A stretch of 63,437 nucleotides of DNA, the filler included, from Folioceros fuciformis (Eukaryota): NCBI GenBank assembly GCA_049999805.1. It is 7 parts of 7 records of this genome, joined end to end, with 100 filler letters (N's around TTAATTAATTAA, not from the genome) between each part and the next. Parts side by side here need not be neighbours in the genome. Positions count along the whole stretch, not along the records: positions 33,791 to 43,197 come from JBNGIO010005433.1; positions 43,298 to 49,656 come from JBNGIO010005435.1; 5 more parts are not named here. One strand, 5' to 3'. The position numbers were made by a program, and so were the translations under genes. The notes under the pieces were generated by a model. It was not told the origin of the DNA. It saw only the letters and a program-made list of their open reading frames with translations, and searched no databases. This document shows, one piece after another, positions 36,349 through 49,756 of this stretch; the stretch's first letter is position 1, and each line of letters begins with the position of its first letter.

Positions 36349-38240
36349 ATAGAGCACTTTTATGGACTAGAAACGTTTTTTGTAAATTTCCAACTACGTA
36401 GAAGCAAACATGAATTCTGTGTAGACAAGTGCATACATGAATTCTGTGTAGACAAGTGCACATGGCAACAAGTTCATCGAGGACCATGATGCATAATAAA
36501 TTCAATGTTAATTCTTTCAGGTTGGTGCCCCTTTAGGGGTCCATGAGGATGGGTGGGAACCAATAGCTCTCACCAATCCTCTAGAGTATTTGATTATTTA
36601 TAGTAATCATTGGGGGAAAAAAAGACATTAATTCCTATACAAGGGCCACATTGTGGATTTAAAGAGATTTTGATGTCGTCATTTGAACATTACCAACCTT
36701 TAGCACATCCATTCATTCCTTCTACGTAGCATTTATGCCCACCATAAGAGTGGAGTTGGAACGTTGCACGTATGGAACAAGCACTGAGAGGGGAAAATGA
36801 GTCTCCATACACAAATAATTGGGGACATGTTCTTGGAATAGCATTTTAAGAAGAGGCATGATTGCATGTAAGATGTCCTTGATTGTTTTGGATTGCATGT
36901 AAGGATAATTGAGACATTTTCTTACAATAAAAATATAAGAAGAGGTCTAATTGCAAGTGTGACTGTAATTTGTTAGAGTAGGGTCTCTACCCTAATAATA
37001 TACTATGTTATTAGATAAATTTTTTAATATAAGTCAGATACCTAGAGATACGACCATTCATATTACTACGATGAAATAGTTTGTAAGCTACACACTACAA
37101 TTTTTTTTATGGTCCAATTTATGTTTCATGATTCAAACCAGTGTTTCCGCCATTGATTTCTATTAAATATTAAACATGATATGAAAGCCTTTAGACTTTA
37201 TAGACCTAGATAGAGAATGTTTAGAATTAAGTGTTTATATGATTAGATATGAAGTTCTTCAACGTTTTAAATTTATTTTTATGGTAGAAACCAATTAATT
37301 AAATTTATTTGAACTAGATAAGAATTTTTTTTATGTTGGTAAGGATTGATTATTAGAAATAGAATTAATTTTTTCTATATTTAGAATTTCTATAGATTTT
37401 TCCACAGGTTTCTTTAATTCACATTCACATTCCAAATTATGAATTCCAAATTATGAATTGAAGGCAGCAAGAATACATAGGAAAAAAGTTTAATACGTAT
37501 ATAAATTGTTAGCAAGATAATCACATAACTTCTAAATTTTGTAGAAAATGATATATTTGGAATCATATGAACACCTTTATCATTATCAATTATATGAATA
37601 ATATATTAGAAATTTAAGACTCACTAGGTAAAAAATGAGACAATTTTTAAATTTAGCAATTGCTAAGTATAATGAAAAGATAAGGAGATAAGTTTCGTCA
37701 CAAAGAAATATTAAATTTGTAAGTACGAAGAAAGAACTAGATTATTATAGCTTCTTTGATCACGTTAATGAAAAAATTCTTGGATCAACACCAAGATTGA
37801 TAACTTATGTAGTCCAGTTTCAAATCTTCAAAGATTTATTACAATCTAAAATTCTAGAAATTCTGCAGCTGATGATAAAAGAATCATTTTAATTATCAAA
37901 ATTTTTTTATCAATAAATACTAAAACATCACATATAAGTTCTTTATTCATTCATAAGGATTCAGAGAAGTTTTATTTTAAATTTTTATTTGATGATGAGC
38001 AGCTAATGTAGCTAATTTAATGGATGAGCAGCTAATGTACCTAGTTTAATGTATCATATATTAATTCTCTTAAAAATGAGATGCAATGTCTCCACGTGAG
38101 GCGTAATGTCTCTCTCTCAGGCCATCATCCTAATCTTGCTTGCTCATCTCGTTCCCATATGTGTATTGTGGCACACTAATAACTTTTGGGTTTCTACGCA
38201 TAGCCAATAGATATTATGGTTTGAGGAATTAATCCATGAC

Positions 38241-38437
38241 CACTAAGGTTTAAGTCAATCCATAATTATTCCACCATGGTCAAATTACTAGGTCTCCATT
38301 TAGTGGGCAATGGCTCCTCGTACCTCCCTTAGGCTAGTTCACTAAGGTTTAAGTCAATCCATAATTACTCCAGCATGATCGAAATGCTAAGTCTCCATTT
38401 CGTGGGCAATGGCTCCTCATAGCTCCCTTAGGCCAGT
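38241..38437 (+). repeat. 2 x 99-bp tandem duplication
   Basis: cactaaggtttaagtcaatccataatta... at 38241 and 38340. Confidence 0.88.
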
Positions 38438-39556
38438 ATTCAAGAGTCGTCTATCTCACGTACTTTGTTCCATGATGTAAATATGACCTTGACTACAATA
38501 GACTTCTTATGTGATGTACATACTTAGGTGGTCGCGGCCCCGCCAAAGTAGGGATGAGAAACCATAAGGTGCAACCATTGGCTGTGGTGGAACCTCAAAG
38601 ACTTAGGTTGACATGACTGGCAACGATTGGCTTCAACAAAAACAAAGAATTAAGTGGATATGACGAACCGTATAATATTAAAAGAATCTAAACGCTCACA
38701 CGGGACGTGGTGGAGCCGGTCTTTCTTTCCGATGCACGAACGTGGCTTCGCGAAGCCAGAGGCCGCATCCGGCGATGGGAGAGGACTCCAGAGGAGCATG
38801 CTTCCAGGGTCAGTGCCAGTGCTTACGCGGCGGAGTGCGGGATAATGCATTCTGGAAGGTTGGGACTCCGGAGAAGGCAAGTGGAAGGCGTGCCGCGAGT
38901 GCATCAGCAAGTTGTGACAGACGTGACGGCCACTTTGTCAGAGGGTGGACTACAGCGTGTGGAAGAGGAAGAAACATGCAGAAATTTTTTTATTTTCAGT
39001 AGCTTGAGTTTGTGGTGGGGCGTGGCTGCCGGCCATAAATTCCTGGATTCTTCGAAGCGCTGCGAGTCGTTGCTTGCATGCACCCACTTGGCGCGCTCTC
39101 CCAGTGGGCTTTACTTTGAGAAACCGCTTGTCGTGAGGGTGAAGGAGATCGTGGTAGAGAGGTATCTCTGGGACGAGCTCTGCAGGGCAGACATACAGTA
39201 CCAAAGGCCTGAATGAGCAACAGCTGTGATTTTTCTCCCGGGTTCAATGAAGGCGTGTACCTGAACGATGCATCGACATTATCGCGGTGGGACGCGTATG
39301 CAGCGTTGCTTCCACCCAATTCCGCTGCCAAAGATGTTTGCGAGATTTTGCCACAGGCACATGTCATCTTCAAATATGTGCCAATGTGGCAACCTTTTGA
39401 ACTTCGTGTCAATACGGTATTCGGAACTGTACAAGGCTGCGTGCACCCCTACCCAATCCAGTAAGTGGAGGGAATGGTGCCAACCAGTACCCAAGATGAA
39501 ATAATTCCCACCTTACCAGGAGAAAGCGCAAAAGCGGTCACTACGTTCAGAGATAT

Positions 39557-42500
39557 TTACACATCGTACACAGACATTCTCTCTGCAATTGAACTTCTAC
39601 AGACTGGGCAGAATTTACATTTCTCCGAGCAGAAGCTGCATCAAGACAGACCAACGGCGTTATCAGCCCACCGTTGTCTAAAGGGCGGTGGGACTCCTTC
39701 AAAAGAACACTTAGCTCAAGTCAAAGCACGAGGAACAGACCTGCACAAGATGCGGTGTCGACAAGGAAGGAGAACAACTGCAATCTCTCGTTCGAAGCAT
39801 ATCCTGCATAGGACCTTTTCCTGGACGAGCAGAATGTATGAGTAGTCCTCGCACAACAAACCTGAAGATGTTGGGACTAGCATGCCGCAACTTTCAGCTG
39901 AACCTACGGAGCACAAGCCTTAAAACGTACGTTCTGGAGCCGGTCGAACTCCTGCTGTTGATGCTTGGATATCTCAGCTTGCTCGCCCAAAGCAGCTTGC
40001 AGTCTCCATACCTGTGTTCCAGCACATGTCCACTCCTGATTGACCAAATTTCCCAACAACGCAAAATCTAGTCAGGGCACTACTGCCGTACCTCTTCCGC
40101 CAGATCCTTTCTTGGCATTTTCTTAACCACCTCCGGTGCAAGCCCGGAAAACGTGCTGTAGCTACATGTCACAACAGATTCCAGTCAACACACCAAATGG
40201 CTGAAACAGAGGAGGAAGGTGAAGAAAGTCGACATTAACATCATACTTGGTTGAATCCGCATTGCTTAGAAGCCGTGCATGATCTTCTCTGCTGGAAGCA
40301 TCAATAGACCACCATCCAAGCAATCTGTCCCACAACGATCCTGTCACGAGTTATCTGCATGTAGGAAAGCAAAGTCACACCATTCACTTCGGTCACGATA
40401 CTTCATCACCTCACCTGGAGCCTTGATGAAGGAATCCACAACACTCAAATGCTTGGGCCAACAAAATGGCAGGTAAGCTTCTTGGCCCGTCTCCGGTTGG
40501 GAGAAGCAGCAATATGTTCTCCATTAAGTGCAGGAGGGCAAACAGGACAGCAACTCCTTGCACCAAAAGGATTGGGGAGAAGATCAAAGCCACCGAGAAG
40601 TTCTTGGCACTGGCCGGTGTTCCCTACAACACACTAGCGCGCGTGAGACCAAGGTTCATCCAAGGCATAACTTAAAAGCTACACCAGTAGAATCTTAGAA
40701 CACAATTACCTCAAGTCGCATGCACAACAGCACTTGGAACACAATGACAGGCACTTTCAGAAGATGACCCCCGATCTCCTGTCGACCACAAACTCCATCT
40801 GAAGCATCATCCTCATCCATTAATGAGACCCTGGCTTGTCCTTCCTCGTCTGCTCCTCTAGATGTTGAGGAGAACGGTGAGCTTATTGATGCTGCTTGCC
40901 CACTTTCAGTCTGAATTGAAGGATTTGACCACTTTGTGCACACCAGGAAAGAGAAACACTGTGCAATGCTGCAGGCAGCAAAAGAGTCAACTACATTACG
41001 GAAATGAAACCAGAAGGAGAATGCATGACAGTACATTTCTATGCAAGCACTACGCACTCACCCAAAGTTTATGAACAAGTCCCACCACCCCAAAGCTCCT
41101 ACGTCTCCTGTTCGGAAAAAAACATGCCCATCAATGCCAGTCTCTGACATGAAAAATATCCATGCATAACATACTGTCACATGTTATGAGCCAGAGGCGA
41201 GTCAAGTTCAAGGTGAGAGGCTGACCACTGAGCTTCAGAAGAGTGAACATAGTGGCAGCGATGAAAAAGACCATTGATACTGCCACCCAAAAATACTGCA
41301 CCACAAATAGTCATGGCTTGATCAATGTGGAATGAGCCAGAAGACACCAAAAAAAGACACTAGCAAATAGGAGTTCACGGTTAGCAATCGAAAAAACTAG
41401 ACTCACGTATAACAGCTCTCTTCGATGCACGAGCCGGAACTATGGTCACTACAAACCGCACCAAGAATTTACGTCTACTATGAAAAGCGGCAATCCAGTT
41501 TACAAAAAACATTTAAAAAAGAGGTCCTTACTGGAAGTGTTTCCCAAATTGCTTCATCTGTCATGCTTTCCTCATCCCCAGGCATTAAGGCCCTGCACAT
41601 CCTGCAAAGGCCCTTGTTCATCATCAAGAGAGACTTGGCCTGACAGACAAGTTATACCCAAAGAATCGTAACCAACCTAAAGTTGTCGACCAGAACAACA
41701 GCCTCAAAGATCAGCAGAGGCAGAAACACCAATTTAAGGCTTATTGCCCCAGATCCGTATTCTGCACAGCACGGTGTAGACGTCAGATACATTGCCAAGA
41801 ATGCTGCCATTTCTGCTGGTTTTTTGAAGTCAGAGACCAGCGTTCTGCACCACGTTCCACACAACCAGACTGATTTGACTCCCTCTAAACTGCTCAACTG
41901 GACATATAAACAGGTATAAACGACTGGAAAAGTGAGGGCTATTCACTGAAGCAAGCAAGACACAGCAGTTCTGCTTGATCCGTTCACACTGTCCTTCTCT
42001 TCACAGACAATGCCTTCGTCCCCATCAAGTGAAAGATTGATGCTAAACATCCTCACAAAATTTGGACATCTCACATCACGTTCAGGGGAGTCATGCGGAC
42101 GATCATACAACACTATGCTAGCCCACCTCTTATCGGATCCAAGGAAAAGCAACATCCCAAGAGCGAAATCCAAGTCATCCAAGTTTCAAGTATCCAATCA
42201 AGTTGTAGTTCCCACAACTGCCCTAAGGTGAGACGGCATGGGATTCACAGGCACAAGCAGCAACATACCTTCAAGGCTGACGAGGTAGCAACAAAGCAGT
42301 GTTTCAAATGAAACAATAAGAGGCACTGCAACAACCGAGTGGCATGGTGCCCACTGCAAAACAAGCACATGTTCTTAGAGGAGAAACGCCTGCCGAATAA
42401 GGACCGTCAGCTCGGCCTCCCTAAGTGCAAGATGCACAGGTAATCTAGTGCTTAGCTCATACAAAATACTTACATGACGGTCATGCGGCACAGATGGAGC

Positions 42501-42845
42501 CGGCAGAGAGAACCGTCCCCTTATAACAACCGCATGGAAAAGGAACAGTGGTAGGAAGACCCACCTACATACACGAACGAGTGGACAAAGTCACCAGCAA
42601 TATCTTCACCCAACTAACACACAAGCCCCCACACTTCAGACATGACATAGAGGCCGAAAGCCACGGTTCAACTCATAGGACTCCCTGAAAATTGAAACTG
42701 CAGCAGCAGGGCAGTAGACGTACCACCAGGAATGTTCGAAGTGGCCTCCGAGCTTCACCACCAAAAGACTCGTGAAACAAAGTAGCGCACCGTGTGCAGC
42801 AACAGCCTGCACTGAACCCAGAATTCTGGTCCAGGACATGGCCAT
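39557..42845 (-). CDS. Transmembrane Fragile-X-F (TMEM185/FAM11) domain plus C-terminal C3HC4 RING protein, multi-exon
   Basis: MSWTRILGSVQAVAAHGALLCFTSLLVVKL..SWW, GRFSLPAPSVPHDRH, WAPCHSVVAVPLIVSFE, IGGHLLKVP, EKVLCRICFEREIAVVLLPCRHRILC..CSEKCKFCPVCRSSIAERMSVYDV* (stop 39557-39559). Confidence 0.92.
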
Positions 42846-43298
42846 GCCTGCACGATTTCGACCGACTTACAATTCCCCGTACACTCTGGCAAGACTACTC
42901 GGGAGGAAGACGGTACCCGGCCGAGCCATTGTACACGTCCTCTTGCTCACCCACCATTCGGAATAACCCTAGAAATGAAGTCCCGCGCTCTCCATTTCCA
43001 CACTCAACCTCACAACCTCTCCTGAGCTGGTTATAGTAAGGGCTGTTGAAGCACCTTCTTGTCCCCCATACCTCCACCGCCTTTCTGGCACCGACACCCC
43101 CAACTCTCCACCCGCGATCAGACCACGGCAGCCCCGGCACCTACCTCAAGCCCCCTCCAAGCTCCCCCGACACCAATTCCATCCACTCCTACTCCTANNN
43201 NNNNNNNNNNNNNNNNNNNNNNNNNNNNNNNNNNNNNNNNNTTAATTAATTAANNNNNNNNNNNNNNNNNNNNNNNNNNNNNNNNNNNNNNNNNNNNT

Positions 43299-44016
43299 GA
43301 AGGCGGATCCGCAGTTTCCCTTCAAGGTTCTGACGGAGGAGGTGATTGGAGTAGGAGCTTGCGTGCTGGGAGACATGGCATCGCGACCGAACTTCGGGCT
43401 GGATGAGCTCGACTTTGTCTTCTCTACTGTTGTGGTGGGAATGATTCTTAACTTCACTTTGATGTATATGCTGGCTCCGACTTCGTTGGTTGGCGCTGCT
43501 GTCTCGTCCCGTCTGCCGGGATTTTTTGCTTCCTGTCCCCCTGGGCACATGTTCGAGGCCGGGGCGTACTCTTTCGTTGACAGGTTGGGGACCTTCATCT
43601 ACAAGGGGATGCAGTTTGCCGCGGTGGGATTTGTGGCCGGCTTGGCGGGGACTGCGCTCTCCAACACGCTGCTGGATATTAGGAAGAGGCTGGATCCTAA
43701 CTTCGTGCCGCAGAACGAGTCGCCGCCGACCATTCTGAATGCGGCCACCTGGGCTGGCCACATGGGGCTCAGCTCCAATCTGCGGTACCAGGCGGTGAAT
43801 GGAGTAGAGTTTGCTCTGGCTGGTGTTATGACTCCCGGTTTGTTCAAGTCCAGCGTGTTCATCATCAGAGCCGTAAATAATGTGCTTGGGGGGACGAGCT
43901 TTGTTTATCTCGCTCGGTTAACAGGGTCACAGAAGAGCGGGGTGGATGACAATTCCTCCCCGCCGCAGGTGGTTGAGGATGACAGCAAGAATGTTGAGGC
44001 TGTAGGTGCTAGTTAG
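43299..44016 (+). CDS. RETICULATA-related (RER2/RER3-like, DUF3411) plastid envelope protein, 5'-truncated by scaffold start
   Basis: ADPQFPFKVLTEEVIGVGACVLGDMASRPNFGLDELDFVFST, CPPGHMFEAGAYS, LNAATWAGHMGLSSNLRYQ, LARLTGSQK. Confidence 0.92.
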
Positions 44017-44856
44017 TTGTAACTTCCGGAAGGTATCTGCGTGCTATTTCCTACTACTTGGTAGTACCACTTTTTCGTTATTGGGAGGTGTAGATCCATG
44101 CAACCTGAGGGAAGGCACGCATGTAGCTGAACAACATGGAGCTTGTCAAACTCGCTTTGATCATGCCGTAGGCCGCCTCAAGTAACAATGGATGCTCATC
44201 ACGTTGTGGGCAACGGCCGATTTGTTTTGAGGGCCTTGTCACACAAAATCTGAGCATGGAGCTCCTTTAAGGATTTTTGTCCAGGGCCGAGAAACTCATT
44301 GCATATGCTTACAGCAAGCACAGGATTGTCAAGTTCGATACCGATGTGCTCCCTAATCCATTCCCTGCTGGGAACATCGTGCCATGACAGTGGCTGTTGT
44401 AACCACGTCTTGCCAACAGTTCCTGTTGAACACACCCTTGCAAGCTGGAACCTGCTCCACTTCAACGCATTTTTTTTTTAAACTGTCGAGTGAGTTACAT
44501 TAGATAAGTGCTGCCTATATCAAACAGAAACTTGCGATGAATTATTCCTGGTAGGAAATATCGAGTACATATTTTCAAACCCGGCCCCCCTTCTTATATG
44601 GGCATGTTACCGACCATATTGCCCTAGATGGGACAAGCCACATCCTAGGTTTTCTATGTAACGTTATCCAACTTTATGCTTTGATTTATACTAGCGCTTA
44701 TTTGTGGTAGGTTAACCTTGCGAAAACGAGGTCGCCGTGCTGAGCCAGCTGCAGCATCAGACCGTCTCGTCCAGATTCCAGGTGTCAAAGCTGCGGCTTC
44801 GGGTCTCTGTCTGCGCAACTGGCGGAAGGCGAGGATGAACCGGTGGTGATCCCAGC

Positions 44857-46275
44857 ATGAGCCCGAGTGATGGAAGCAGTCCCGATTTTGTGAGCTTCAG
44901 AGATCGGCCAGATTGGGCTGATGTGACTCCTGTACCACAAGATGATGGGCCCAATGCTGTTGTGCCCATTGCCATCTCAACCCAGTTCAGGGAGGTGATG
45001 GACTACTTTCGGGCAATCCTCGACAAGGATGAGAGGAGTGAACGAGCACTTCGGCTTACGGCTGAAGTCATATCCGTGAATGCTGCAAATCACGCGGTAC
45101 GGTGGTATTACTCGATGCTTTTGCAATGTAAGGGGAAAATTGGTGTGTTCGTCTGGCCTGTCTAGGGATGGTGATTTGGTGGAACTGTCTTTGTGACTGA
45201 AGCTTATTGAGTGCCTCCTTAGGTATGGTACTTTCGGAGGCTTGTTCTTGAGGCCCTGCAAACTGACCTTGAGACGGAGCTGGCCTATCTTGAGAGTGTG
45301 ACGCAGGAAAATGCTAAGAACTACCAAATTTGGTCAGTGTAGTTTCACGGTGCCTTCTAACTGGGTGTGGGGTTCCTGCCTGTTGATACGTCCTTGCTCA
45401 TCCGTTCATGCCGACCCTGTGCAGGAACCACAGACGTTGGGTTGCGACGAAAATAGGACCTGGATGCGTGGCAAGAGAAATGGAGCTCACGGAAGCTGTC
45501 CTTGAAGAGGATTCCAAAAACTATCATGCCTGGTGTCACCGTCAGGTTAGTTTGTTGGCAGGGTTTGTGATCTGCACCAGGCCTCTCAGCTGAAGTGTAG
45601 TAACGAATGGTGTTCCGGCAACAGTGGGTTTTGACAGAGTTTGGTGGCTGGGAACGGGAGCTCGACTTTTGCGACCGGCTGCTAAGTGAGGATGCATTGA
45701 ATAACTCAGCATGGAACCAGGTTCCGTGTCCTTCTCAAGTCCACACGGCTTCCTTCATATGGCATGCTACTCCTGTTTCCAAGTAATGACATCACAGCCC
45801 CGTCTTGCAGCGCTACTTCGTCATAACCAAAAGCCCGTTATCAGGAGGTATAGCGGTTGCACGACAGTCTGAGATGAGATATTGTCACAAGGTGATACGA
45901 GGTGGAGCAAGTGCTGGACTCTCCGACAACGAGAGTCCGTGGAGATATTTAAGAGGCCTCTTCCGAGACGACAAATCGGGTATGGTGAAGGAGCCTTCCA
46001 TAAGTAACTTATGCGCAGATGTGCTTGCGATGGATCGCAACTGTAAACACGCATTATCCTTTGTTATCGATCTCCTAGAGCTCGGGCTCCATCCTACAAT
46101 GAGCACCCACAAGGAGCTGCTTGAAGCTTTAGATGGGACGCAGGCGTCTTCACCTTCACAGCTGGCTGATACCTTGTACCAGCGACTAGAAACGTTGGAC
46201 GCCATACGGGCAAGATATTGGGCTTGGCGGAGGTGTGAGCTTCCCCATAAGTTAGGTGATATTCAAGGGTTATAA
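44857..46275 (+). CDS. FTA: Protein farnesyltransferase/geranylgeranyltransferase-I alpha subunit (PLURIPETALA-like), multi-exon
   Basis: [37 protein letters not shown] repeats ([47 protein letters not shown]), LDAIRARYW. Confidence 0.94.
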
Positions 46276-46516
46276 GAGTGAAGATCTGAAAGGGCGTGCG
46301 TATTTAGGTGGTGTGTAAGAGATGCAGCTCCGCTCCCTGAAACTTTAGATGGATCGCAAGCGATCTCTTCTTCAAAGCTTGCCGCTGCGATTTGGCAGCG
46401 TCTAGAAAAAGTTAGAATGCCATATCGGCAAAGAGAGGGCTTGACGGATAAGTAAGCTCCCCCGAAAAATCAGGTACTATTTGATCCATTTCTTCTGTAA
46501 AAAATCAAGATTGGCT

Positions 46517-48087
46517 TCAATTTGTACCAAACTGGGACAACATGACGGCTCCTAACAGCACAACAGCAGACGAAACCAAGAGCGTCGCGGCTGCTCTCTT
46601 ACCCTGCACTTCCTTGAAGAAGAAAACAGCCCAGCTTGCACTGACAAGCAGCTGACACTGCACCAAGGGCCATCCCAGAGACAGACCGAGTCCCGTGGTT
46701 GCATAGATGCTGCAACCAGGCCAAGCCAGGCCACGCCAGTATTCTCATCAGGAGCTGTGGCAAGCTGTAGACACGGAAAAAAAAAAGGGAGTGGAAGGGA
46801 GGAATGGGCTCACCTGCAAAAATTCCCAGCACTCCACATCAACCCAGTTGCAATGGGAGGCACAGCTCCGCTTCCCAGCCGAAATCCAGGCAGCGGCTGG
46901 CGGAGGAAACTCAACACGGCGCAGTAGATCCCCAAAACCGCCGTGGTGATCACCATGGCTCCGATGCCAAATGACACAAGGTACTCTACCCCAACAACAT
47001 CCTGCAGCACAAACATCAAGTCACGCTTCCTTCTAACAAGGAACAGTCCAATGAGGCTGGTGTACCAAAGGCTGCATGCACCTTGTTGGCGAATTGCAGA
47101 GGCACCAGGAAACTGCCATTAAGCAGACCCACAAGGATGGCGCAAAGAACGCCTTTGGTGAAGCTGTTGGAGGAGAAGCAACAACGCTTGCCAGAGAGCC
47201 ATGGTCTGCTGGCCTTGGGAGAGGGCGGCAGGGCGATCCAGCCCTCCTCGCCGGAGCCCCCTTCCCCAGCAGCAGCCCTGCCTACCCCCAACATCCCCAC
47301 TGCCATCACCCCGAGCGCCAAGAGCGCCAACCCCGGATTCTTTACCGGCTCCCCGAACACATACGCTCCCCAGATGTAGGACACAAAAACTGCAGCAACT
47401 CAATCCACACATCCTGTAAGTGCATTCCCACTCGCCGCCATGCCCCGGCCCTAACCCCGAGCTCCTGCCTGCAGCAACTCAAGCCAGCATGGTGAATCTG
47501 ACCCTACTACTGAGGCCGCTCCACAGAGACTGTGCCGTGCCTATCCCCGCCAGCCGCACCCCCATGATGGCTCCCACCCCCGTCACCACCCACAGCCCGG
47601 CTCCCACCATACCCCACCACGTGAACTTGAGAGGCTGCACAGGCACAAGATCATGGCACCCGTGAGCAGGTAATGCCACCCTTCCTTATCAATCGTCTTT
47701 GCTGCCAGCACGTCGTCTGTCGCACGTACCACATACAGCAGCACCAACCAGGAAGTGGAGAAGCATGCCAAGGACTTGTAGGCCTGGAACACCACCGGAT
47801 CCAGGGGAGCTGCCATAGCCGACGGCATCCGGATGGGCACAGCTGCCAGCACACAGACGACACCAATCACGGCCTTGTCCATTCACCACAATCTACAGCA
47901 AGGCACNNNNNNNNNNNNNNNNNNNNNNNNNNNNNNNNNNNNNNNNNNNNNNNNNNNNNNNNNNNNNNNNNNNNNNNNNNNNNNNNNNNNNNNNNNNNNN
48001 NNNNNNACAGCAAGGCACCCAGCACCTACCGTAGGATCCGAAGAAGAGAATGGAGCCCAATGCGCCCAGCCATCCTGCGACCTCCAT
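46517..48087 (-). CDS. TMEM144-like (DMT superfamily) membrane transporter, multi-exon, one N gap
   Basis: MEVAGWLGALGSILFFGSYGVP, DPVVFQAYKS, GIGTAQSLWSG, GLLNGSFLVP, YLVSFGIGA, GLMWSAGNFCSIYA..LGLSLGWPLVQCQLLVSASWAVFFFKE; stop 46517-46519. Confidence 0.85.
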
Positions 48088-49756
48088 GATCCCCCCAATT
48101 TCAAACTTCGCAACGAAGCTCAGCGGCTGTCTTGTTCAAAACCGGTGGCGACTCTCTCACACATCTCATCCTCCATGGAGCACTTTCTACCGTTCCGGAT
48201 TCCGCGATTATCGCCAGAGGAAACAAACATAACTCAGGTTAAGGAGATGGGTTCTACAAAACGCAGCCATGTCCTGGGACGAGAAGGCGCAACGTAGACA
48301 TGGCTTTTGGCTCATGCTTTCATACCTTGGTCAATTTGTAAGGAAAGTCTAGTGGATCTTCTCCATCCCAACCATTCTCTTTGCGCTTGCTTTCTCACAG
48401 TGTATGCAAAGCTGCTGCTGCAAGTTTCATGCACAACAAGAGCCTATGAAAACGAACTGGTCTTGGATGGAAGGTGATAGTCATGTGACCACAACTCTCA
48501 TTTAAGTATACTAGAACAAAGGAATTAAGCCACACGAGTGCCTGATTAGGCCTGGCACTCTTGAGTCATTCCTAAGCCTTTGATCAATAGCTAAAGAAGA
48601 TTCACAAGTACCCACACTTTCATTCCCTTTGTCATCGAGACTCACGAGATCACAAAGATTTTCTCCACTTTTGTCAAAGGCTGTGCCAAGACAAGACCCA
48701 GGCCAGTGCTTCCCTTTCTCGTCGGATTGCTTTCCTTGGACGGAGGGTCGATGGCGAAGACGCCGTGAGCTTCGGAGATCTGGCTTCTTCTCACTGCCGG
48801 GTTGTTCATGTGGTCCCTAATTCTAGGGCGCCTGGTTCTACGTGGGGCAGTCCCCCTTAGCTGGGATTTCGGTCGTATTGCAGCAGTGGGATCGTAAGGC
48901 CCCCTTCACTGGGATAGCTCATCTCTGTATAAACATGTACAGCGTAATGAAGTCTCCATTGTTGAAGCAGCAGCAGGAGGAACAGCCCCGGCGGCTGCTG
49001 GTGCGAGAGGTATGACGGCCGGTTATGACCAAGCCAGTGATGCAAAATCGCGGGGTCGTGCGAAACCTGCCATATTAGGAAGGGGCAAGGGCTGGGCAGC
49101 CTGAGCTGTGTAGAGGTTGGCCTACATGTAGACCTAGACCTATGTATGCATGTATGTATGTATGTATACCTGTACCGGATGTGACGCATCCGAGGGCGAA
49201 ATAAGGGCATCAAGGGCGAAACAACAGCATCAAAAGCGCTCACGACTTTGGGCGTACAGTCGAGTACAGTATAGTATTTTCTTTTCATTTTGGCTTATGA
49301 CTGCATCCTCCCTCTTGCTTGAAGTGGAAGTGTTCTTTCTCCTAGTGGCTTCCCATCCCTCCCGTCCCTGGCCTTTCCTTCCTTTTCCCTTCCCTTCGCT
49401 TCCCTCCCCCTTTCCCTCGGTCGCCGTCCCGTGGCTCCGTAGGAAGGAAGCGCAATTCCCGGCACCCAGCCGTGTGAATGTGGAGCTCAGCACCTGCTTC
49501 CGTGCTTGGCCTGGGCTCGTAGATTGGGCGCCGCTCTCGCCTCCAGGAACACCAAGCTTGCTCTTACACTGTGCTTGGGATGAGGCGTGTGGTGGCACCT
49601 GGCATGCCAACCCAGCCTGGGCATAGCAGTACGAGCCCAGGCTTCTATTCTTGAGGNNNNNNNNNNNNNNNNNNNNNNNNNNNNNNNNNNNNNNNNNNNN
49701 TTAATTAATTAANNNNNNNNNNNNNNNNNNNNNNNNNNNNNNNNNNNNNNNNNNNN

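Noticed and set aside
47895-48018. Apparent extra N-terminal ORF or duplication in the TMEM144-like gene
   Set aside because: acagcaaggcac is repeated on either side of the N gap, indicating an assembly overlap within intron 1
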